This document shows, in pieces, positions 17,944-26,642 of a stretch of 64,000 nt of DNA (the first letter of the stretch is position 1; every line of letters begins with the position of its first letter). Where the stretch lies: assembly GCA_015056205.1 (NCBI GenBank), contig SVGS01000016.1, positions 2,174 to 66,173 on the forward strand. Direction: 5' to 3'. The position numbers and the translations under genes were made by a program. The stretch comes from Clostridiales bacterium. GTDB taxonomy: Bacteria > Bacillota > Clostridia > Christensenellales > Aristaeellaceae. Under the pieces are notes generated by a model. That model was not told the DNA's origin. It saw only the letters and a program-made list of their open reading frames with translations, and made no database searches.

Positions 17944-18027
17944 AATCGGGATATCAGAGGGATACTGATTTGCAATCCGGCCTGTAAGGAACCGGGAAAC
18001 GACTGACAAAAACAGAGGAGGATGTCC

Positions 18028-19770
18028 ATGAACCGGAATCGACTGTACGATGCGGCATTTGCCTTCCGGGCATTGAAACTTTGGGATAAGCTGGCGGATG
18101 ACCAGATTTTCGCGATTCAGATGAAGGATCAGATCTGCTATATCAGTATAACGGGAATGCTGGGGGAGCATTATTCCCTGGGGGTTTATCCGGGTCAGGA
18201 AGGCATCGACAGCTTATGGCGAATCTATCAGATGTCCGCTGTATCAGAAAGCGAAGAGATGGCCGCGTTTTTTGGACGTTCTGCACTGATTTGTGCATTT
18301 GTTCCCAGGGATGAACTTGAACCCGAATCGCTCGCGGTTCTTTCCCCTTATTTGAAAGCTCGCGGAATGTCCATACGCGGTAAAAAAGCTCTTTGGCCTC
18401 AGATTCTCCGGTGCCGTCCTTACCGTGAGTTCGTGTATGCGTATGGCGAAGCGGATGCGGAGACGATGACCGAAGCCCTCGAAGCCGCCTGCTGGCTGAG
18501 CGGAAACTCCGGACGGCCGATCGATACGCTGGCGCATCTGTCTGAACACGATCAGACGCTGCCCCTGCTGCGCCGGGAAGGGGATTCCTGGAAAATCGAA
18601 AATATGCCCATGCCGCCGGAGCCGGATATCTCCTATCCCATCGGGCATACTTTCAATGAGATGTATACAGCGCGGGTCCGAAAACTGGAAAAGACAGGAT
18701 CCTGGGCCTGCAAAATCAGGCTGGATCCTGTCCTGAGAGGAGCGGATGGCATAGAGGAGAAAGTACTGCCCTGGATGCTGCTGACTGTGGACCTGGATAC
18801 GGGAAGAGAGATTCCTGTCCAGCCGGTCCGGGACTACGAGACCCGGACAGAAGTGATGCTGGACAAGATGATGGAAGCCATGTTCCGGGAAAATGTCTGC
18901 CCGAAAGCCTTCTGCGTTTACGATGAACGAACCTTCTCGCTGCTGGAGGACTGGAGCGCTGAGATGGGTATAGCGCTTTCCATGGAAGAAGAAATCCCGG
19001 AAGAACTGGAAAATCTGGAAGACTTCGCGGATGCGCAGGCTTATATGGGCGAAGAGGATTCCATGCAGTTCATGGAGGAAATGCTGGATCTGATGCTCCT
19101 CCTTCCGGATCAGGAACTGTTTTTGAATCAGCCCGAGCTTGCGGAATATATCGCGCACTTCAGGGAGCTGCAGCTTCATCTGGATACGCCGGAAAGTATT
19201 CGCGCCAAAGTCAGCGAGATTCTGGAAAGATATGACAAATTTCAGAGCCGGCAGCAATCAGGAGCCGGCAAAGCCGGAAAAAGCACAGGTAAAAAAAGCA
19301 AAGGCAAAAAAGGCAAAAAAACAACCGTCCCGGAGAAATCCCTGGTGATCAGCGTATCTCTGGATACCGGGTGTTACCGGCATATCCGGATTTCCGATCA
19401 GGCGCTGCTGGAAGACCTGTCCCTGGCGATCCTGCGCGCTTTCAATTTCGACAACGATCATCTTCACGGCTTCTTTATGGATAATCAGGCCTACAGCCCC
19501 TGGGATGCCTACTACTCCCGCGGCAGTGAAGAGGGTCCGGCAACAGATCAGGTCACCCTGGCGGAAGCGGGAATGACGGCGGGGAAAAAGTTTAAATACG
19601 TCTTTGACTTCGGGGACGATTGGACCTTCCAGTGCAGGGTGCTGCGGGAGCTGGACGAAATCACTGCCGAGCCGGTCATTATCCGCAAAAAAGGCGAAGC
19701 GCCGCCCCAGTACCCGGAATGGGATGAAGAAGACTGGGATGAAGAGGACTGGGACGACGATGATGAATGA
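18028..19770 (+). CDS. Plasmid pRiA4b ORF-3-like (MM3350-like) domain protein
   Basis: The C-terminal domain includes HLHGFF and KFKYVFDFGDDWTFQCRV. There is a Lys-rich linker and an acidic, Trp-rich tail (EWDEEDWDEEDWDDDDE). GGAGG lies 7 nt before ATG 18028; the track start is 18022. Confidence 0.8.
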   Translation: MNRNRLYDAAFAFRALKLWDKLADDQIFAIQMKDQICYISITGMLGEHYSLGVYPGQEGIDSLWRIYQMSAVSESEEMAAFFGRSALICAFVPRDELEPESLAVLSPYLKARGMSIRGKKALWPQILRCRPYREFVYAYGEADAETMTEALEAACWLSGNSGRPIDTLAHLSEHDQTLPLLRREGDSWKIENMPMPPEPDISYPIGHTFNEMYTARVRKLEKTGSWACKIRLDPVLRGADGIEEKVLPWMLLTVDLDTGREIPVQPVRDYETRTEVMLDKMMEAMFRENVCPKAFCVYDERTFSLLEDWSAEMGIALSMEEEIPEELENLEDFADAQAYMGEEDSMQFMEEMLDLMLLLPDQELFLNQPELAEYIAHFRELQLHLDTPESIRAKVSEILERYDKFQSRQQSGAGKAGKSTGKKSKGKKGKKTTVPEKSLVISVSLDTGCYRHIRISDQALLEDLSLAILRAFNFDNDHLHGFFMDNQAYSPWDAYYSRGSEEGPATDQVTLAEAGMTAGKKFKYVFDFGDDWTFQCRVLRELDEITAEPVIIRKKGEAPPQYPEWDEEDWDEEDWDDDDE

Positions 19771-19805
19771 GAGGGAAAGGAATGCGGTCCGGGCGGAAAA
19801 ACAGC

Positions 19806-19834
19806 TTGACGGCGAAATCCGAAAAATGTATATT
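19806..19834 (+). promoter_or_regulatory. Strong SigA-type promoter of the partner-switching operon
   Basis: TTGACG (19806-19811), 17-nt spacer ending in TG, TATATT (19829-19834). AGGAGG RBS lies before ATG 19918. Confidence 0.65.
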
Positions 19835-19917
19835 ACCATTGGCATTTTATGTCAATCGCAACGGATTTCCAATACTCTGACCACAGGCAAGATTAATCAT
19901 CAGGAGGCCCGAACAGG

Positions 19918-21432
19918 ATGATCCGGAAGCTGAAAGAAAACCCTGCCATAATCGGACTGGTTTTTACGGTTGCCATCGCGCTGCTTGCGCTGGCCATGAC
20001 CGGGGTGGCCTACATCAATCCGGATGTTTTTTCGCGGATGCAGACTTTCCTGTTCGACTGCGGCGTGGATGCGATCGGGGCGCTGATTTCCGCAGGACTG
20101 TATTACGGATGCATGAAGCAGAAAGGGGAAGGGACGGACGCGTTCCGGAGACTGAATCTTTTTGTCAGCGCCGGGTTCGCCGTCAATTTCCTGCTTTATT
20201 TCACAGCGGGGATTCCGGGGCAGACCGTTTTTCCCTTCATCTTCGCGATGCTCAGCAAGCTGTTCGATCTGCTGATGATCTATTATTTCTATCAGTATGT
20301 GCGGAAGACCCTCGGCTTTGAAGGGAAGCTCGCTCTGTGGGCGGATAAAGGGATCCCGATCCTGATGGCGGGGGAAGCCCTGGTTCTCCTGACCAATATT
20401 TTCTATCCGCTGACTTTCTCCATCAATGCACAGGGATTCTATCAGTCCGCTGAACTTTCGATCATCGAGGATATCTGCCTCATCGTGACATCGGTCATTA
20501 CGGTGATCCTGATCTTCCGGTGCAAACGTCCGGTCAACCAGAAGATCGCCGGCCTGACGTTCATCATCCTGCCGCTGATCACTTACCTCATGGTCGGGGG
20601 AACCTTCGGCTACGCCTCCCAGTACGGAATGATCCTGGTCTCCCTGATTATTATGTACTGCATCATTTTTAACGAAAAGAGCAGCAAACTGGCCGCCACG
20701 GAAACCGAGCTCAACATGGCGACCCGCATTCAGCTGGACGCCCTGCCGCCCTTTACGCCGGAATTCCCGGATCATCCGAATGTGAACCTGCGGGCCAGCA
20801 TGCATACCGCCAAGGAGGTAGGCGGCGATTTCTTCGATTACTTCGCCATTGACGATAACCGGATCTGCTTCCTCATCGCCGATGTATCCGGCAAGGGCAC
20901 GCCGGCGGCGCTGTTTATGATGACATCCAAGACCATGATCAAGGACTACGCGCTGACCCAGGGAAGCACGTCGGGGATTTTCACCTCCGTCAACGCCCGC
21001 CTGTGCGAAAACAACGAAGCCGGGATGTTTGCCACTTCCTGGATCGGTATTCTGGACACGCGGACGATGACCCTCCAGTACACCAACGCCGGGCACAATT
21101 ATCCCATGATCCAGCGCAAAGGCCAGCCCTGTGAGGAAATCAAACAGAATCACGGACTGTTCCTGGGCGGAATGGAGTTTACGCGTTATAAGCAGGATGA
21201 GATTCAGCTCGAACCGGGCGACCGGCTGCTGCTGTTTACCGACGGTGTCGTGGAAGCCCACGATAAAGGAAAAAATCTTTACGGCAACGAACGCCTGCAG
21301 CAGGTGCTGGACGGCGCCAGGGACTGCCCGGGCGAGCAGGTGCTGGACCGTATTTTCGACGATGTGAACCAATTCGCCACGGGAGTTCCCCAGTTCGATG
21401 ACATCACCATGGTCATTCTGACCATTCAGTGA
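19918..21432 (+). CDS. Membrane-bound PP2C-family (SpoIIE/RsbU-type) serine phosphatase
   Basis: The N-terminal ~250 aa are polytopic. The C-terminal PPM domain has EVGGDFFDY, FLIADVSGKG, LLLFTDGVVEA and DDITMVIL. Confidence 0.9.
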   Translation: MIRKLKENPAIIGLVFTVAIALLALAMTGVAYINPDVFSRMQTFLFDCGVDAIGALISAGLYYGCMKQKGEGTDAFRRLNLFVSAGFAVNFLLYFTAGIPGQTVFPFIFAMLSKLFDLLMIYYFYQYVRKTLGFEGKLALWADKGIPILMAGEALVLLTNIFYPLTFSINAQGFYQSAELSIIEDICLIVTSVITVILIFRCKRPVNQKIAGLTFIILPLITYLMVGGTFGYASQYGMILVSLIIMYCIIFNEKSSKLAATETELNMATRIQLDALPPFTPEFPDHPNVNLRASMHTAKEVGGDFFDYFAIDDNRICFLIADVSGKGTPAALFMMTSKTMIKDYALTQGSTSGIFTSVNARLCENNEAGMFATSWIGILDTRTMTLQYTNAGHNYPMIQRKGQPCEEIKQNHGLFLGGMEFTRYKQDEIQLEPGDRLLLFTDGVVEAHDKGKNLYGNERLQQVLDGARDCPGEQVLDRIFDDVNQFATGVPQFDDITMVILTIQ

Positions 21433-21469
21433 CAAAGGGAGAGTATTTTTTTCGAAGGAGCGGAACGTG

Positions 21470-21880
21470 ATGTCTGAAGAATCTGTACTGAGAATCCCCG
21501 CGAAGACGGAAGGCATGGACCTCATTCTGGCCTTTGTCAGCTATCTTCTGGATCTGAACGGCTGTTCCGGCAAGGCCCGCACACAGCTGCGAACGGCCGT
21601 GGAAGAAATCTATGTCAACCAGACCCTTTACGCCTATCCGTCGGGAGACGGCTGGGTGGAAATTCGCGGCTGCGTGGAGAACGGCACGGCAGCCTTTACC
21701 CTGATCGACGGCGGAACGCCTTTCGACCCCCTGGCCAGGGAGGATCCGGACATCCTGCTTTCCGGGGAAGAGCGGGGCATCGGCGGCCTGGGAATCTACA
21801 TGGTGAAGACCATGGTGGACGAGCTGGCATACGAATACCGGGACGGATGCAACCGGCTGATGATGCGCAAACAGCTTTGA
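21470..21880 (+). CDS. Anti-sigma-factor-type GHKL serine kinase (RsbW/SpoIIAB-like)
   Basis: About 136 aa with an N-box region (EEIYVNQ), a G1-like motif (IDGGTPFD) and a G2 motif (GIGGLGIYMV). GTG 21467 is an alternative start. Confidence 0.85.
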   Translation: MSEESVLRIPAKTEGMDLILAFVSYLLDLNGCSGKARTQLRTAVEEIYVNQTLYAYPSGDGWVEIRGCVENGTAAFTLIDGGTPFDPLAREDPDILLSGEERGIGGLGIYMVKTMVDELAYEYRDGCNRLMMRKQL

Positions 21881-21923
21881 AAAAAGCTTTGAAACCAAAT
21901 TCAACAACAGGAGGAAACACAAA

Positions 21924-22220
21924 ATGACACTGACCACAGACAAAAGCGGGACGAAACTGACGGTTCACCTTTCCGGTGAGCTCAACACCATGACCGCGCC
22001 GAACCTGACCGCGCTCCTGGACAAGGAACTGGGCGGCGTAAAAGAACTGACCCTGGATTTCGCAGAGTGCGACTACGTTTCTTCCGCCGGACTGCGGGTT
22101 CTGCTGGCCACCTTCAAGCAGATGAAAGCGGCAAAAGGCACCATGGCGCTGGCCAACGTCGGGGAGAACTTCCAGGACGTACTGAAAAACACAGGCCTGG
22201 ACGCGGTGTTCGGCATCTGA
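21924..22220 (+). CDS. STAS-domain anti-sigma-factor antagonist (copy 1)
   Basis: 98 aa with the conserved phosphorylatable-Ser motif DYVSSAGLRVLL. Confidence 0.9.
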   Translation: MTLTTDKSGTKLTVHLSGELNTMTAPNLTALLDKELGGVKELTLDFAECDYVSSAGLRVLLATFKQMKAAKGTMALANVGENFQDVLKNTGLDAVFGI

Positions 22221-22263
22221 AACCACACAGCGCGCAGCTTCGGCTGACGGGAGAGACAGACAC

Positions 22264-23979
22264 ATGAAAAACGGCTTTTGCGAGAAGAAATTCAGCTCCA
22301 TGCTGATCTCCGGCACCTTCACCAAAGCGGTGATGTACCTGATGCTGCTCAGCGACAGCATCATTGCCGGACATTTTATCGGCCCGTCCGGCGTTGCCGG
22401 CATCAACGCAATCACACCGGTGACGGCCATTGTGACCTTTTTCGGGGACCTGGTATCCACAGGCGTCGGGATTGTCTTTACCCGGGAAGTCGGCGCCATG
22501 AAGAAGGACCGGGCGAATGAGATCTACAGCCAGGGCCTGATCATCAGCATCGGCATGGGCCTGCTCTCCGCGCTGCTGATCCTCGCACTGCAGAATACGT
22601 ATTTCGCCGTAAGCGGCATCACGGGCGAGATCCTGGACCGGGCGCTGGAGTACTACCGCCTGGTTCCGATCAACGCCTTCCTGACCATTGTCATCTTCTA
22701 CCTGGAGCAGATGGTCTACAGCGACGGCGACGAGCTGTGCAACAACATCTGTTACGGATTCCAGGTCGGCGGAAACATTATCGCTTCCATTCTTCTGACC
22801 CGAACCCTCGGCATGAAGGGTATCATCCTGGGCTCCGTGATCGGAAACAGCCTGGGAATCCTGACCTGCTTCTGGCACTACTTCCGGAAGGAAAACACGC
22901 TGCGCTTCAAATGGCACCTGTCCTTCAGGGACTTCCTGCTGACCTCCCGGTACAGCATCGTGGACTCTTCCGTCTATATCTGCTGGGGTATCATGGACTA
23001 TGTGATGATCGGCTTTGTATCCAGCCGCTTCGGCAATGCCGCGCAGGTCACCCTGGCGGTGGTGGTCAACCTGATTGAGTTCAGCGTCGTGATGGACGGC
23101 GTGGGCATGGCGCTCCAGCCGCTGATCAGCACCTACTTCGGGGAGAAGAACCATGTGCTGATCAAACGGATCATGAAATCGGGCGTCAAGGCCGCGGTCG
23201 CGGAGGGCGTGGTGGTAACCGTGCTGATCTGGATTTTCACGAAGCAGTTCTGCGGCCTGTTCGGAATCCGGGAAGAAGCGGCGCTGACCCCGGCGATCAC
23301 GGCGCTCCGGATTGTATCCCTCGGGTTTACCTTCTGCAGTATGGTGTCCCTGACGACATCGTACTATATGCTGGTGGACAAGATCGCCATGGCGACCACC
23401 TTCGCGTGCCTGCAGAACGGCATCCTGTATATTCTCCTGCCGGTCCTCGGAGGACTGGCCTTCGGGGTGAACGGACTGTGGGCAGGCTTTGTGGCATCGC
23501 CGATCCTGACGCTGATCATTGCCTTCACCTATGTGTATCTGCGGTTCGGGAAAGCGAATTTCCCGTACCTGCTGAAGGATATGGATTCCGAGATTGTGGT
23601 GATGGACGATACCCTTTCGCCGGAATCCGCGGTGCACCTGTCGGACAAGGTCCGGGACAGCCTGCTTGCCCATCAGTATAAGAGAACCGCAGCCAACAAC
23701 GCGGCCCTCTTTGTGGAGGAAATCGGCCTGACCATTCTGGACCGGAACAAAAAGGCGAAGAAACCGCTGCTGGTCGAACTGTCCCTCTTCTTTGAAAAGG
23801 AATCGGTTCTCATCATCATACGCGATTCCGGAATTCTGTTTAACCTGACGGAATCGGATGTCCAGGTCGGCGAGCTGAGCAGCTTCATCCTGAGCGGCCT
23901 GATGGAAGCGCACCGGGAAAAAGCCTATCTCATAACCACTGGCTACAACCGGAACATGATTCGCTTCGCGCAGGCGTAA
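22264..23979 (+). CDS. MATE-type transporter with a C-terminal degenerate GHKL (RsbW-like) domain
   Basis: Residues 1 to about 440 form a 12-TM MatE-like region. Residues 440-571 are soluble and align by eye with the neighbouring kinase, but the G2 box GxGxG is replaced by GELSSF. Confidence 0.8.
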   Translation: MKNGFCEKKFSSMLISGTFTKAVMYLMLLSDSIIAGHFIGPSGVAGINAITPVTAIVTFFGDLVSTGVGIVFTREVGAMKKDRANEIYSQGLIISIGMGLLSALLILALQNTYFAVSGITGEILDRALEYYRLVPINAFLTIVIFYLEQMVYSDGDELCNNICYGFQVGGNIIASILLTRTLGMKGIILGSVIGNSLGILTCFWHYFRKENTLRFKWHLSFRDFLLTSRYSIVDSSVYICWGIMDYVMIGFVSSRFGNAAQVTLAVVVNLIEFSVVMDGVGMALQPLISTYFGEKNHVLIKRIMKSGVKAAVAEGVVVTVLIWIFTKQFCGLFGIREEAALTPAITALRIVSLGFTFCSMVSLTTSYYMLVDKIAMATTFACLQNGILYILLPVLGGLAFGVNGLWAGFVASPILTLIIAFTYVYLRFGKANFPYLLKDMDSEIVVMDDTLSPESAVHLSDKVRDSLLAHQYKRTAANNAALFVEEIGLTILDRNKKAKKPLLVELSLFFEKESVLIIIRDSGILFNLTESDVQVGELSSFILSGLMEAHREKAYLITTGYNRNMIRFAQA

Positions 23980-24005
23980 AGCGCGCGGCGGAAGGAGACT
24001 GGCGG

Positions 24006-24641
24006 ATGAATGTATATGATTTTGACGGTACGATCTTTCCCGGAGACTGTTCCATCGGTTTTTTCTTCTGGTGTCTGAAAAGCCACCCGAAGCTGTGGTT
24101 CACCTATTTCCCGAAGACGATTAAAAACATCCTTCTGAGAAAAAAAGGAAAGATCAACGAAGCGCAGATGCAGCGGGAGTTCTTCGGCTATCTGACGCTG
24201 ATCCACGACTTTGATCAGCAGATTGAACGGTACTGGAACAAAAACGAAAAGAAAATCTCCGCCTGGTATCTGGCGCAGAAGCGGCCGGACGATCTGATTA
24301 TCAGCGCGTCGCCGAACTGCATCATCGAGCCGATCGCGAACCGGCTGGGCGTGCGGTTCATGGCCACGGATTTTGACCGGGAATACGGGGTTTTTCTCAA
24401 TAAAATGAAATACGCCAAGGAAAAAGCCAGGTATATCATCGACCAGGGCTTTCCGGTGATTGAAAATTTCTATTCCGACTCTCTCGCCGATACCCCGCTT
24501 GCCCTGTGCGCCGAAAAGGCGCATCTGGTCACCAACAACGCCAGCACCGTGACGGACTGGCCGAAGCTGGACGCGGAAACCATGGAGAAGGTTAAGCAGA
24601 AGATCGACACGGGCTGGAACAGTTATGTAAAAGAGGACTGA
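24006..24641 (+). CDS. HAD-IB family hydrolase/phosphatase
   Basis: N-terminal DxDxT motif (VYDFDGTIF), followed by IISASP and a late Asp motif (YSDSLADTP). Confidence 0.85.
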   Translation: MNVYDFDGTIFPGDCSIGFFFWCLKSHPKLWFTYFPKTIKNILLRKKGKINEAQMQREFFGYLTLIHDFDQQIERYWNKNEKKISAWYLAQKRPDDLIISASPNCIIEPIANRLGVRFMATDFDREYGVFLNKMKYAKEKARYIIDQGFPVIENFYSDSLADTPLALCAEKAHLVTNNASTVTDWPKLDAETMEKVKQKIDTGWNSYVKED

Positions 24642-24644
24642 CAA

Positions 24645-26234
24645 GTGTATATCGTCATTTACGACTTTGGCACCAGCACCGTCAAAACCTGCCTGTTTGA
24701 GATCGGTTCTGAGATCCGCCTTGAGGCAAGCGCCGCCGCAGACTACGGCCTCTACATTTCGGACGGCGGAAGCGCGGAACAGGATACGGAGGAATGGTGG
24801 GCAGCGTTGTGCTCCACCACTCGCGAACTGTTCCGGAAAACGGACGTCACCCCCCGGCAGGTCAAGGGCATGGCTTTCTGCTCCCAGATGCAGGGATCGG
24901 TTCTCGTGGATAAGCAGGGAAACGCCCTGCGGCGGCCGATGAGCTATCTGGATCAGAAGGGCGCCAAAGAATTCAAGGAATGTATGGGCTCGGGCGTGAT
25001 CAAAGTGTCCGGATGCAGCCTGTACAAGCTCGGGCGGAACCTGATCGTCAATTATGCCGGCTCAACCAGCGCCAAGGATCCGGTCTGGAAATACAAGTGG
25101 GTGGAAAACAACGAGCCTGAGGTTTTCAGAAGAATATACAAATGGCTGGATGTGGGCGACTATCTTACCTCGCGCTGCACAGGCAGGATTGTGAGGACGG
25201 CCGACACCGCTTTCGCGACTTTCCTTTATGACACGCGGAAGGGAAAGGAAGGCTGGAACAAGGGCCTGCTGAAAATGTATAAAGTCAACCCCGACCACAT
25301 GCCGGAGATCATTGACTGTACGGACCTGGCCGGCAGGCTCACCGGGAAGGCCGCGAAGGATCTGGGACTGCCGGAAGGCATTCCTGTTTACGGCGGAGGC
25401 GGCGACATGACTTTTGTCAACATCGGCGCCGGATGCACAAAACCGGGAGACACCCATATCTACATCGGAACTTCCGGATGGGTTTCCACCTTCATGAATC
25501 GCCAGGCCGTTGACATCAACGCGATGATCACCGGCGTCCTGTCGGCCAGAAAAGGATTCTTTAATTACTACGCGGAGCTGGAAACTGCCGGAAAATGCTT
25601 TGAATGGGTCGCGTATCACCTCGCGCTGGATGAAGTGGGCGTGTATATGAATCACACGAAAGTCACCGACCTGGAGAAGAAATGGCTGAGCCTGTACGAC
25701 TTTCTTTCCGCGGAAGTCGATAAAGTCCCTCCGGGGGCCAACGGCGTCATCTTTACCCCCTGGCTCCACGGCAACCGCTGTCCGTTTGAGGATTCCCGGG
25801 CGGGCGGGATGTTCTTCAACATCCGAATCGGGAACGGCAAGCGGGATATGATCCGGGCTGTTCTCGAAGGGATTTGTTATCACCTGCGCTGGCTGCTGGA
25901 GAACGTCATGAAGAAAGTGAAAACCTCCGATACCATCCGGTTTGTCGGCGGGGGCGCCCTGTCTCCCGTTACCTGCCAGATGCTGTCGGATATCACCGGA
26001 CGCAGAATCGAGACGATTTCCAACACCCAGGAGGTCGGCGCGATCGGCACAGCGCTTGTTGTGGCCGCGGGAATTCAGGGGACGGATGTGCTGGATCTGG
26101 CGCCCCGGCTGGTAAAAGTCCGCCATACCTACGTTCCCAACCCCGCGAACCGGGAAGTGTACGAACGCAACTACAGCGTTTTCAAAGGATTATACAAGGC
26201 CAACGCTGCCGCTTTCAGGAAACTGAACGCCTGA
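24645..26234 (+). CDS. FGGY-family carbohydrate kinase
   Basis: N-terminal IYDFGTSTVKTCLF (DxGT..K) and C-terminal FVGGGALSP. GTG start lies 3 nt after the HAD stop, with an AAGAGGA RBS. Confidence 0.88.
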   Translation: MYIVIYDFGTSTVKTCLFEIGSEIRLEASAAADYGLYISDGGSAEQDTEEWWAALCSTTRELFRKTDVTPRQVKGMAFCSQMQGSVLVDKQGNALRRPMSYLDQKGAKEFKECMGSGVIKVSGCSLYKLGRNLIVNYAGSTSAKDPVWKYKWVENNEPEVFRRIYKWLDVGDYLTSRCTGRIVRTADTAFATFLYDTRKGKEGWNKGLLKMYKVNPDHMPEIIDCTDLAGRLTGKAAKDLGLPEGIPVYGGGGDMTFVNIGAGCTKPGDTHIYIGTSGWVSTFMNRQAVDINAMITGVLSARKGFFNYYAELETAGKCFEWVAYHLALDEVGVYMNHTKVTDLEKKWLSLYDFLSAEVDKVPPGANGVIFTPWLHGNRCPFEDSRAGGMFFNIRIGNGKRDMIRAVLEGICYHLRWLLENVMKKVKTSDTIRFVGGGALSPVTCQMLSDITGRRIETISNTQEVGAIGTALVVAAGIQGTDVLDLAPRLVKVRHTYVPNPANREVYERNYSVFKGLYKANAAAFRKLNA

Positions 26235-26269
26235 AGACCGCCGAAGGCAAAGAACAGGAGGGAAAAAAC

Positions 26270-26569
26270 ATGATTATCACCAAAACTCAGCATAACGGAA
26301 GCCTGACGATCGCCCTGGACGGCCGGATGGACATCACCACCGCGCCGGACCTGGAGCGGGAGATCAAAAACCTGGACGGCGGCGTGACCGAACTGATCAT
26401 GGACTTTGAAAAGCTGATCTATATTTCCTCCGCCGGACTGCGCGTGCTGCTCCTGGCCCATAAGAAAATGCTCAAGCAGGGCGGCACCATGAAGGTGATC
26501 CATGTCGGTGATCTCGTGATGGAGGTCATGAAAGCCATGGGATTCGCGGATATTCTGACGATCGAATAA
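26270..26569 (+). CDS. STAS-domain anti-sigma-factor antagonist (copy 2)
   Basis: 99 aa with the motif IYISSAGLRVLL. About 38 of 98 positions are identical to copy 1 in a gapless hand alignment. The track ORF 25874 is over-extended. Confidence 0.88.
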   Translation: MIITKTQHNGSLTIALDGRMDITTAPDLEREIKNLDGGVTELIMDFEKLIYISSAGLRVLLLAHKKMLKQGGTMKVIHVGDLVMEVMKAMGFADILTIE

Positions 26570-26606
26570 CGCGCACGGGATAAAAGAATGAATTCCTTCA
26601 CAAAGA

Positions 26607-26638
26607 AAACGCCGGTGAGTCGTCACCGGCGTTTTTTT
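26607..26638. terminator. Bidirectional rho-independent terminator
   Basis: Stem aaacgccggtga, loop gtcg, stem tcaccggcgttt, then a T-run. An A-run lies upstream. It sits between the convergent STAS and MFS genes. Confidence 0.85.
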
Positions 26639-26642
26639 GCGT

